NCBI GenBank assembly: GCA_000934665.2
Contig: KZ538490.1
Span: 62,001-126,000 of the forward strand
Origin: Catajapyx aquilonaris
Lineage: Eukaryota
DNA length: 64,000 bases
Reading direction: 5' to 3'
The notes below the pieces were generated by a model, which saw nothing but the letters and a program-made list of their open reading frames with translations, searched no databases and had not been told where the DNA came from. Below, piece after piece: positions 53,734 to 64,000 of this stretch. A program made the translations under genes and the position numbers. Position 1 is the first letter of the stretch. Every line of letters starts with the position of its first letter.

Positions 53734-53760
53734 TTCTCCCTTTTTTTGCAGCAGGTAAGC
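53734..53760 (+). other. Candidate 3-nt microexon (CAG, 53752-53754) or ratchet point in the homeodomain intron
   Basis: ttctccctttttttgcag|CAG|gtaagc: strong pyrimidine tract, acceptor AG, three nucleotides and a near-consensus donor. Confidence 0.55.
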
Positions 53761-55948
53761 CTAAACATGCAGAAGGGGATATGAGAGAGAGGCTACAAGG
53801 GGACAGCGCCTCAGTGCAAAGCGAGAAGAGATGTTCAAAAGGAGACAGCATTTTTTTAAGAGAGAGAGAAAAAAAATTAAAACTAAAAAAAAAAGTAGAG
53901 TTGAACGTTTGGGCGTTGCTTGCCGAGGCAATTTCAACTAAGTCCAATCATTGAGTGCGTTGGATCGTAAACTTGAAGTCTGCGTATTGTCATATGGACT
54001 TGAGCGTTTTAAAAATATTAATCGGGTCACGTGATTGACAACCCTCTGCAACAAGTTGTCAAATAACTCTTCCAGTTTAACATTATGATTTGAACAAGAT
54101 ATTGGCTCTGATATTACGATATGGCAGCCGATCGATGAATTTATAACGTGTCTGTCGCACATGGCAGAACATGTGCTACCACGTGACGTCATCGATATGA
54201 TTCTTTTGTACGATCAAGCTGTGATTGTGACAGGCTCGGTTTCTGTCAAGTATTTAACTGACCGTTAGCGACGAACCTTGGAATCTAACGTCAACTAGTA
54301 AACACCGCTCAAGTCCAAATGGGACGTGAATTTCAAGCGTTTCTGACTTCAGGCATTCAATATTTTTTTTGATTTTCTAATTATTTTGCCGTGCACTATA
54401 TGATTTTGACGAAGACGCTTTATCTAGGTAGGTGATTTCAGTTCATTTCTTCTCTGTGGAAACCGGGGGAAGCCAAAACCTGGATCCGCCCTGGTATTAA
54501 AAACCCCCCCCATGGTTTTTAACTCGAATCACACCCACCTTCCTGCTATTAATTCGCACATTTTAATTTCCTAAATTCTTTCCGTTCATATTCTTCGTCT
54601 GGTGTGTGGAGGCCATATTATTATTACTATTCTCCCAGCTCATCCGTTAGTCAATCCATCACTATATATATACTCCCCCCCCCCCCACAACCCAGCCCCA
54701 GAATTATGGATGGTAGCCTACCGTGTTCCTGTCGTGTTTTTGCGAGGCTCGTCACATTAACGAGGAGGCTTACAGTTATAATCCCCGGCGAAATTGTTTT
54801 GCACCTTGCCACAAGCACGGGTTACCGAGGACAAAAATCAACCATAATTTTGGGTTGGGTGCGGGGAGGGTTATTCTGCGTATGTGTGTGTGTTCTGGGG
54901 TGGGCTAATCTTTTCATTTGACTTTCTAAATCGAATTCAGAAATGCTGGGACCGGAGGTTAAAATAACCTTTTTGCTGGCCAACCGATCGGATTTTTTTA
55001 TTTTTTTAAAGCGAGAGGACCGATTTTTTTTTTGGTGCGATTTTTTAAAAAGCGATGATTCCAAAGGGACGTGAAAAGTTGTTGGTTGTCCAATTAGGCG
55101 TGGATGGGCTGGGAATTTGTCCCGCCCACGCTTTTTTTTGGGGGGGGGGGGGGNATATCTTCCCCTCACTCCCTAAATTTCAACGAGATTGATTCAGAGG
55201 GATGGTAGCAAGTGTGGGAGATTGAAATATATAATAAAAAAAACACGAGAGGGGGCGATCGGAGAGGAGCCAACTGGGGACCATGTGTGGTAATAACATG
55301 TTCAGTGTGTTAGTATGACGCCCTTGACGGACCCCAGGAATGTTTGGGGAAAAAAGAGGGGCGGCTGTTTTTTTTGTGGAGGGGGCGTCAATGAACTTAC
55401 GTGATCGACCCGGCAGCTTTCTGGGAAAAGTGCGGGTCAAGATTACGAGTATTCGATTCTCTAGTATACTGCACCCACCGGATGTCATCAATAATAGAGA
55501 CACTCGCGATCTAGGGGGAGGCTAAGCGGTTTCTTTGCTATTTTTTTAGCGATGAAGCAGGCGATGGTTGAGGTTGGCCGGTTTTTGAAGGGTTTATTCA
55601 GTTGCGAGGAAAAGGTAATCCTGCATTGTAGGCAACCCAAGGGCATCTCTTGTCTCACCGGTTGCATAAGTGGCAGGGGCAACACCTGAGGGAGGTGGAT
55701 GAAGTTGTGGATTGTTTTCTCCCAGCAACCCACTGGAAGTCATGGCCATGTTAATTGGTGGTGATCGTTGCTTCTTGTTAGGCTGGTTGCTGAGGTAAAC
55801 AATCTATAATTTCTGCTCCCTGGCCTTGGGTAGTGCACTTGTATTGTGCCACTAGTAGTGATGTGTCCTTGGTATCGAAACAGGGGGAATTGGGCATATG
55901 CAGAATGCCATAGTCATACTCATCAGGAGTGAAAACTATGACTCTGAA

Positions 55949-56239
55949 TTAACCTTGGAACAGTGGCGTGACTGAAAGTTACGGCAACCGTGACGTGGGG
56001 TCTTTAAGGACCCCATCCATATTTTAATTTTTATTGATTTTTATATAATACTTTTCAATGTACTGACTATATGCAATCATTCTTTGAACAATGCCTAAAA
56101 TGATCGCTAATTGAATATAAACATCCACTTCCTGTTATATACTTTTAAAAATTGGCTAAAGTTCATTGTAATTATCATTTTAATGCATTTTAATTCCTTT
56201 GGGGTCCTAAAAGACCCCACGGCACGATTCCAGGGTTAA
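55949..56239. mobile_element. piggyBac-like MITE (283 bp between TTAA target sites)
   Basis: TTAA at 55949-55952 and 56236-56239. Termini CCTTGGAACAGTGGCGTG versus reverse-complemented CCCTGGAATCGTGCCGTG (14/18). Subterminal inverted repeats 55989-56015 / 56200-56226 (25/27) are asymmetrically spaced, as in piggyBac ends. Confidence 0.8.
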
Positions 56240-57259
56240 ACAATGAGCATGCTTGAATGATGACAATTTTTGTACTACTGCAGAGTGTTACTCATGACTA
56301 ATAGACATCATAGAAAGATTTCGCTAATCCCTGTATGCAATTCAGCTAGGAGAGTGTAGTAAAAGTTGACGTACCGAAAGTTATTATGACAGTGGTGCCA
56401 GTGATTGCACAAAATCTCTTAGATTACAATTGAAGCAACCGTAAGATTGCAACTTCTTGCCATTTGATATCACAAATAATCATCCAATTATAAATTGTAT
56501 GCTGAATCACATCTTGAAAGGTGGTCATGCGTGATATGAAAGTATTGACCCAGAATATAAAAATCTATCACAAGATACATGCATGCATAAATTAAAAGTG
56601 CAAGTGAATATTTGAGGACTAGGAAAATTACTAAAGATAATATAAACATTGCATCTGACACCTGCCGCAATGCAAGGAATGTGTTCTCTGCAACATGGGT
56701 AAACATGCAAATTGCATGCTGTCACATTGCATAAGAGGACAGCATAAAAGATGAGGTTGTAAGAATACTGTACAGTACCTAGAAGGCAAGTGCAGAGGCA
56801 TATAATTTATGTGCAGCATTTCCTTTCATTTGTCCTCGGTCTAACACCTGCATAAAGTAGTTATAAATAGGAACGTGTGGTATTAAAATTCCACAGCAAG
56901 TTGGCGGGAAGTAATCCTTTCATACAGTCTTGAATACTTCCAACATTTCCATGCCCAATGCTTCCCAATGCTACGTATGCAAAATTTTACTGAGTAAGGA
57001 TGGTTGATTAGTACATTATTGGCTTGGAAAGAATTTAAACCTTATTTGTGTAGTGGCGGAACTCTATTCTGCCATAACTGTTACGTAATGAGACTTTAGG
57101 CCATTATATGCATAGGTCAAATGGAAATAGATAACGTCAATATGAATAATGGTTGCAGTGTAAGAAATCCCTAAGCTATGCTGGATTTTCTTGGAGTGAA
57201 ATTACATTTGCTGTCATTTTTGTCAAGTCTGTAGTCCTGCGCTATGTCTGACCAACTTA

Positions 57260-57390
57260 GGGCCAATTCACATGGCCACTTCTTTTTCCTAAGAGAAGCT
57301 TTAGTATGACCATTCTTTATTGTTATTTAATATTAAATGGAGTTTCTAAAGCCTCCATTAGGAAAAAAAAGTGGCAGTATAAAAGGGCTG
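57260..57390. mobile_element. Degenerate PIF/Harbinger (Tourist)-like MITE, 131 bp
   Basis: About 45-bp imperfect inverted repeats (gccacttctttttcctaagagaagctttag / ctaaagcctccattaggaaaaaaaagtggc), left terminus GGGCC, flanked by TTA and TAA. Confidence 0.55.
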
Positions 57391-57829
57391 TAACAGGACA
57401 GGATAGTGTATATTCATATTTAAATGCGAATATATTTAGAGAAGCTGCTTGCCGTATGGATAACTCATGCTAGTAATTGCTAGATGGTCAGTTTAAAAAA
57501 TATATCCTCGTACTAACTTCAAGATTGTAGGTTTGCTCCTGTGCAAAGTAGATACATGAGTGTGATTCCTGTTTCACAATTTATATGTTTAAAAATACCA
57601 GTATTTATTTATTTTTCTAATACCTTTCAACCACATTGTCGCTTTGCAAGTAGCAGTTGTAGTATTGGATAACATGGAATATACAAATATTAACTGAGAT
57701 TGTACAGAAGTAGCTTCTTGTCAGTAGTGAGAGGCTAAACACCATTGTTAAATAGCAGACACTGTTTCTTCCCTCACTGACTTTTTTTCCAATTCCCCCT
57801 TGTACTCATGACCACCTTCTTCCTCGCAG

Positions 57830-58201
57830 GAGACGAAGCGGCCATCGAAAGAGATGCAGGTGACCATTGCCCGCCAGCTGGGCCTGGAACCCACCACAGT
57901 GGGCAACTTCTTCATGAACGCCCGGCGGCGGTCAATGGACAAATGGAAAGACGAGGTGGAGAGTCCCGGCAAGAGCACCCCAACACCATCAAGCGGAGCC
58001 CCAGCAACCCCAACCACCCCCACCCCAGCACCCCAGACCCCATCCACGGTGGTCACCCAGGTGGTCACGCAGGTGGTCACCCAGGTGAGCCCAGTGGTGG
58101 CCCACGCCCATCCTCAGCAGCAACAGCAGCACCAGCAACACCAACAGCAACACCAGCAGGTTGTGGCTCAGCCCCAGGTGCACACCACAGACGCGTTGTG
58201 A
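57830..58201 (+). CDS. onecut: ONECUT homeobox gene, terminal coding exon (homeodomain helices 2-3 and a low-complexity P/T/Q/H tail)
   Basis: Acceptor ccttcttcctcgcag ends at 57829. The exon reads ETKRPSKEMQVTIARQLGLEPTTVGNFFMNARRRSMDKW, in frame with the previous exon. NFFMNARRR carries F48 and M50, diagnostic of ONECUT homeodomains. Stop TGA at 58199-58201. Confidence 0.96.
   Translation, partial: ETKRPSKEMQVTIARQLGLEPTTVGNFFMNARRRSMDKWKDEVESPGKSTPTPSSGAPATPTTPTPAPQTPSTVVTQVVTQVVTQVSPVVAHAHPQQQQQHQQHQQQHQQVVAQPQVHTTDAL
58049..58084 (+). repeat. Coding 12-bp tandem repeat (VVTQ x3) in the onecut C-terminus
   Basis: gtggtcacccag gtggtcacgcag gtggtcacccag. Confidence 0.9.
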
Positions 58202-58972
58202 CGCTATGCCACATTCGCCCCTCCGCACCCCCCGGCCCCCCCACCCCCTCCGCACCCATCAGCCCCTCTGGACCAGTATGCTGCAAACAGCTACTTGGTC
58301 TTGAACTGATCAAAAAAATACAAAAAAACACAAAAAAATTTCACCACCAGAGCCCCAGGTTAACGAGGAAGGACCTCCCTCTTGGTTGTCTTAAGTGTCA
58401 TTCTCGTGATCATCCCGTGCTGATTGTTGAAAGAGAGAGTGAGAGAGAGAGCGATAGAGAGGGAGAGTCTACCGATACCACAAACAATCTCTGATTGTTG
58501 ATGAAAAGCAATTTTGGTTGGTGAGGGACCACCGTCGAGTGGGTGCATTTATGCAAGCAAGGCATCGTTGAGATTAGGGTGGCAGGTACTGGATAGCTAC
58601 ATCAACACCAGAGAGTCATATGCAAAAGTGACGAGGAGCAGTGGAAGGAATAAAAGTTTAAATAAATGAGAGAGAACAAGAGCAGGGTGGGTGGGTACTG
58701 ACAAAGAACTAAACACGTGAGAACATTTCCCTTATTTATTTTCACAGAGGCACGTGAAAGAGTGGCAGTCATTCTCATCTCAGGGGGTATCCGTGTGAAG
58801 AAAGGGCGTGATACGTACTTAAAATGTATACATAAGCAATCATATTCAACAGCCACAAGGAAGCACAGAGGGTTCAGTCGCTGGATATGCAAGGTGCAAG
58901 CAAAATGCACCATGTCTGATATTGTATGTCACCTCTGAAGCGGACCATTGTAATTGCACATGAATGATATTC

Positions 58973-58992
58973 ACCAAAGTTGTCACCAAAGA
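58973..58992 (+). promoter_or_regulatory. Two tandem miR-9-5p seed matches
   Basis: ACCAAAG (58973-58979) and ACCAAAGA (58985-58992) are complementary to the miR-9 seed CUUUGGU; starts are 12 nt apart. Confidence 0.55.
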
Positions 58993-60372
58993 CCTGCTTA
59001 GAGTGGGCACTTTGATACGATCCGGAGCACTTTGCTTCCACCTTGCAATGCCTGCTGTCTGGTGAATGGATGTAGCACTAACGGGTTCTTTCTATTGGCC
59101 AAGGCATAGTTGCGACAATGACGAGGGAAGACAGAGTGAAAATAAATTCTGGGGGTAATGCGTAAACCCACCCACAATGCTCTGAATATTATCCGACCAT
59201 ATTTTCGAAGATAATCCCTTTTCTTGTACTATAATAATGACAACGTGCTATTTTCTTTCCTCTGCATCGACAATACACCCTGGAACGGTGTAGATTGTAC
59301 TATTCAAAGAGTGTGGTCTAGCACCTTTCCTTCCTCCCCCCTTTCCCCCCATCCCTCATACCCTGTATTCACCCCGACCCTTACACATCTCCCATTATAT
59401 GAAAAAAACCTCACACCTTCATAGTGTTAGCAGTGTAAATGCAACAAGAGTAGGGGGAATGCCTGAGATTAACATTTCCTTTCTGAAACTTGCAAAGAGG
59501 GGACAACTTTGTACATAGGCTGCATCCAATTCCGAGAAGCAGGTTATAGTCGCTTTCTGAGTTATATTTGCAAGAAAACGTTTATATATAAAAAAAAGAA
59601 AGAGAGAGGAACCACACGAGTCTACTCACTGCTCTTGCAATTTTGCTGTTTGTTTACACTCTCAACCAATAACGTATGATTAGGTAGGGAGACACCGTGT
59701 TTAATTTTGCACCTGAACTGGTCAGGGCGAGGGATAGGCGTCATTTATTTATTTCGATTGTCTCTTTTTTATTTTTTTGAAAATAAGGGGCACACCTTCA
59801 GACAACTGGCTGTGATTAAACTGGTCATCAGTGTACTGTATTAATTGGTTGTAATTGGTGGATGATTACATTCCAAAAAGAAAGAGGAGGCAATGGGAGG
59901 AGGTGAGGGGAATGGGGCAAGGTCAAACATAAATTATGAACCAAAAAAAAAGCAGGGGTCACCCAATCAATATAGTAATGGCTTTGCTGCGATGGGTCGA
60001 GTGAAGATATTTGACCTACGATTTAAAATACCATTTCTAGTCATTCTTTGTTGTGAAATACATCGTACCTAATTATTTATTTTCTTCCTTTTGTTTTACA
60101 TCTATTTTTACTATTATTTTATGTTTTGTTGTTTTATGTTTGTTATGTTGTTTCTTTTTTCCCGTTTTTTTTTAGATGCCTCTATGCTTAGTGTTGAGAA
60201 AAAGGAGGAAAAGGAAGACCAGAAGAAAAATAGGCTAAAATGTAATTGCCGTTTCTTCTTGAAGACCCAAGTACCTGACCTCATATATGAGCAAATACTA
60301 AAAGACAGAGAGAACCTCGTAACATGAAGGTATGTAGTGTGTCCTCACACTGCATGGGATTCATCTAACAGT

Positions 60373-60439
60373 CACATGTAATTATTACTTCACTTAACAA
60401 TTCCATACACATGTAATAATAACTTCACTTAACAATTCC
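60373..60439. repeat. Tandem duplication, 35-bp period, two copies
   Basis: cacatgtaattattacttcacttaacaattcc at 60373 and cacatgtaataataacttcacttaacaattcc at 60408. Confidence 0.9.
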
Positions 60440-62065
60440 TTTGTCTGTATATCATTTTGTTCAATACATGTGGGTCAAAGGTCATCATAAATGGAGCCAG
60501 TGTCGTTGAAGCCATTGCTTATTACTCCCCCTACATCCAGACCCGTAACCTTACCGTACGCTAAATTAACGGACTGATTGACAGGGCAATCAGGAAAGGC
60601 AAGGATATCACGAAGTAATTAGTTTGCTTTTGTTTTGCCTGATTGCACTTAAGTTTTGTCCACAATGTTTGGTGCGTTTTGTGCTAACCTCCTGTTGGAA
60701 TACATGTGCGTCAAAGAAGGGGTGCCACGATTCTGTAACTTAGTCACTTGTTGGGTGGCATGGTTTTTGCTGCTTCTACTGTAATTTATTTGTGCGGCCA
60801 AATTTATTTTGGTCCTAGTCATAAAATTAACTAAAAAAGTAGATGGAGGTGATGGCAGATAAGTTATTTGTGTGCACGTGGTTTTTTAAAAAACAAAGGT
60901 TCACCCATTGATCTCTACCATTGCATTCCAGCCTAATTTATTACACATGAATGTTAAAATTTAATGTACATAATTTCATCATCATATTTATTTGTAACTT
61001 ATTTTACTGTGCGCAACCCCCATGAACTGTACAAAAAATATGTTGTCATTAATTTATGGGTTCACGATTGATCTGATCATGAGTCCGAGTCTATTTATGC
61101 AAAAACCTTTTATGTCTTTGGTTCGCGAAATGTGGCGTGAGAGGGGACAAGAATCAAAACAATCATTTCGATGTTTATGTTTTTCTGTGCATATGTTTGG
61201 TGCAAAATTTTAGCCAAATGGTGAGTGTCCTATGCATTACGGCATCTCCTTATTTTTAAAACCCCCTTTTTAGGCAAGATTATTGTTTAATGACCGTTCC
61301 TTGTTCCTTCCATCTTTCTAAGGATGCAGGCTCTTCAACTATGCACGTTTACTTTTAGTCACAATTGTTTGTCGTAGGATCTGGATAAGGATTGTGTGAT
61401 GTTATTATTGCCTCGGAAGCATTCCAGTTGCTGATACCTTGCACAGTTTGCTTTCATTAGTCCTTTCTGTCTCTGTCTCTCTCTATTCCTTCCTCACACA
61501 TTACTCACACCATCTCTGTACCCATCATCATTATTTTTATTACGACCACAAAGAGTAACTATGGGGAGGGGTGGGAGTGCTGGGAAGTCAAGTGGAAAAA
61601 AAAGTAATATATTATTATCGGGCACTTTCTCTTCTTTTCAATAGCAAGCTGTCTAACATTTTATTTGTTGCTAGTATGTAAAAGCATACCCCCCTTCAGT
61701 AAAAAAAAATGCAGTTGCCTGTGGCCTAGTCACCTGGTAGATATGCACAGAATTTTTACATTTTTATAGAAGTCTGGTTAGTTCATTTGTAGTCCTAGCA
61801 GAGAAACAGTGTCCCTTCTTTTTCTACTTAATAATCAATGTACAATGAGCTCAATGTTAGGTTTAGAAGCGATTGAAAATGGAAGTCATGCCCCTCCCCG
61901 CTCCACCCCAATTTACATTAAACTTCCCCCCCACACCACCCCCTCAAAACCTGCCCCAACAATCACATTAACTTAAGTTGTTCATGTACTTGTGTTTTTC
62001 AAAGGCACTGTTACGTGTCGGGTGTGTCCCCACTCCACCAGTCTCGTTAGAATGGTGATTATTGG

Positions 62066-62092
62066 TGATGATGATGATGATGATGATGATGA
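62066..62092. repeat. (TGA)n microsatellite
   Basis: Direct reading. Confidence 0.9.
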
Positions 62093-63826
62093 AAACAATG
62101 GTGGTGGTTATTCTGGTCATGGAAGGAAAAAAAACAACAACAGTATATATAATAATATAATGTCGCCCTTCTCTCCCACACATACACATATTTGTATAAA
62201 AATAATGACACTTAGGATGAAGGAATGAAGAGAGAGTGCGAGAGAGAGAAAGAGCGTGCGTGTGAGAGAGAGAGTTGTTTCTTTATCATGAGAACTCTAT
62301 GGAATGAACGAGAGAAGGGCACAAGTCACTCAGTTTTTAGTCGTCTTGTACAATATCTTAAGAGGGAATCGTGTGTTGATTCAGATTTTAGTCTCACAAA
62401 AACCCTACTGAGTGCACAAAATGTACAAATGGTTCCTAGAATGGGAAACATCTGAAGAGCTGTAACTTTTTTTTTTTCTCCCCCTTCGATGATACTCAGC
62501 GAGGTGGAAAGATTGGCTTAACGTAGCCCTGTGCCCCCCAGATTAATCCCTTGACCCTTGACCTTCTGTGAAGATGGACCCCTCCCCCCTTGCTCCCTGC
62601 CCCAAACCCAAGTGAGGACATAAGTGTTGTATATAAGCCTGTAGGGAAAGTCTGGTTTCGATGACAAATAATAAATAAATGTACAAAGTAAGATACTTAA
62701 GGAACTGCCCAGTTGAAGTCACAAAGGCAACTTTTGAACCTCTTCAGATATTTCCTGTTTCTTTTTCGCGTGTGTATCGTGCAATAACACTTTTTGTGTG
62801 TGGAGTGTATCTTGATGACATATCATGTGTAAGTTATATATGTTTTCATGCAGGTACAGCCATTTTTTTTCTTTCTTTTTTTATCTTGGACCATTTTAGT
62901 TCTGAAGCTAAAAAGAATTGTAATGTGTGAAAAATTAAGAGCTTTATTATTGTCCACAAAAAAAAAAATTGTCGAAATTTGACAAGTGCTCTAAAGTGCA
63001 TATTGCATTTTAGAAGGGGAGATTCAATTGACACGTGGGGAGTGAGTAGTATGACGAAGAACCTTGTACAGATGACCAATGTCCAGTGGTACCAAACACG
63101 GTAACAAGGTCTCACAGCGACACATAATAATTATCCCTGCTAGAGACGCCCAAAAATATAACAACAACAATGTATCATTGAAAAGAAGACGTAATATTAT
63201 GCTCTTTTTTGCCCCCTGATTTTTGGGGGTGTAAAAATAATTTATTGCAGACACACTGTGGGAAAAAGTTTACACGAAAAATAAGGAGTTTAAAAAAAAG
63301 AATAATCATATGGCTCTTTGTTGCTGGGAGAGAAGGGGGGAAAAAAGAAGAGGGAAAAATATTGGACTCTACGTTTTCAAGGTTATCAAATCCGTAGTTT
63401 TGCAAGAGTAATCTTACACTTTTAGACCCTTGTAGGTATATCAGTCACATTGTGCAATAGTGAATTTGTGTGTGCTGTCTTCTCCGCCATAGTGCCCTTT
63501 TTCTGAGGTGATTGATGATGATGCACCGCGGCACTTCTTCTCGAAGGTAGTTACGTACTGTTTTAAAAAAAATATGAAAACATAAAAACAGCCCTGCCAG
63601 TCACCTCCTGAAGACATTTTATGTGTACTGGACTCCTTGTCAAAAGGGAAGATGTGCCGTATAAATATATATTGAAAAAAATAAAAGAGATAAGGAGACA
63701 AACAAAAACAAGTACACCACATTTCCAACGGCCAAGATATACGTGGCACGTGTTTTGCACCATGTTTGTGCCGTACAATACAGTATTATAGGTTTGGTCT
63801 GTCAGCATCTCCCAAATGAACATATA

Positions 63827-63847
63827 ACACACACACACACACACACA
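63827..63847. repeat. (AC)n microsatellite
   Basis: Direct reading. Confidence 0.9.
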
Positions 63848-64000
63848 ACATCAACAACATCAACAATAAGAAAGAAAAATTGATGGGGATTAAATAGTGT
63901 GGAGGTAACTTGATCCAGAGAGTATCATTATCGGACAGTTTCAAACGCTTTATATTTTTCAGTAAAGGACAGCAACCCGTTTGGTTTGCTTTCTGGTTTT

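Larger units (their letters stand above)
53351..57829 (+). other. onecut: onecut phase-0 intron splitting the homeodomain (4479 nt)
   Basis: GT...AG ends; joining gives QAIFK|ETKRP, a continuous homeodomain. Confidence 0.93.
58202..64000 (+). other. Probable onecut 3' UTR and downstream region (true 3' end unknown)
   Basis: Follows the stop codon; AU-rich with no credible ORF. AATAAA at 58649, 58661, 59141, 62670 and 62674; U-rich tract at about 60075-60175. Confidence 0.5.

Noticed and set aside
53686..54493. Possible hAT-like termini (gagggtggatccaag ... ctggatccgccctg)
   Set aside because: Weak left end and no 8-bp target-site duplication recognised.
58080..58091. Donor-like CAG|GTGAGC inside the last onecut exon
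   Set aside because: Explained by the VVTQ-V repeat codons; no plausible downstream coding exon was seen.
57808..58494. 228-aa ORF overlapping the onecut terminal exon in another frame
   Set aside because: Shadow frame of GC-rich low-complexity coding DNA; it starts in the intron's acceptor region and has no recognisable domain.
58861..58867. AAGCACA, a miR-218 seed match in the 3' UTR
   Set aside because: miR-218 is not a known arthropod family to my knowledge; a single 7-mer is expected by chance.
1..64000. CRISPR arrays, rRNA, prokaryotic operons or conserved miRNA genes
   Set aside because: No repeat-spacer array or rRNA-like sequence is visible, the gene structure is spliceosomal, and no mature sequence of conserved miRNAs I recall was spotted (not an exhaustive search).

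Overview
Eukaryotic, most likely arthropod, genomic DNA; the species cannot be determined from the sequence. The window is the 3' part of a ONECUT-class homeobox gene on the + strand. It contains more than 53 kb of one intron (the CUT-domain exon must lie upstream of the window), a 113-nt linker/homeodomain exon (53238-53350), a 4.5-kb intron, the terminal exon (57830-58201) and a probably long 3' UTR. An intronless divergent ionotropic receptor (IR) chemoreceptor gene (48850-50745) is nested in the large intron on the same strand. The most notable signals concern RNA processing: (1) a textbook recursive-splicing ratchet point with a cryptic poison exon in the large intron (26930/26931); (2) a candidate 3-nt CAG microexon or second ratchet point inside the homeodomain intron (53752-53754); (3) a candidate UGA-C stop-codon readthrough extension of onecut; (4) the nested IR's AATAAA sitting in the loop of a 12-bp hairpin; (5) tandem miR-9 seed sites in the onecut 3' UTR. 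Several small non-autonomous transposons (pogo/Tigger-like, piggyBac-like, Harbinger-like, a tRNA-type SINE) are also present. The other ORFs in the track look spurious. All RNA-level claims are predictions from motifs only.
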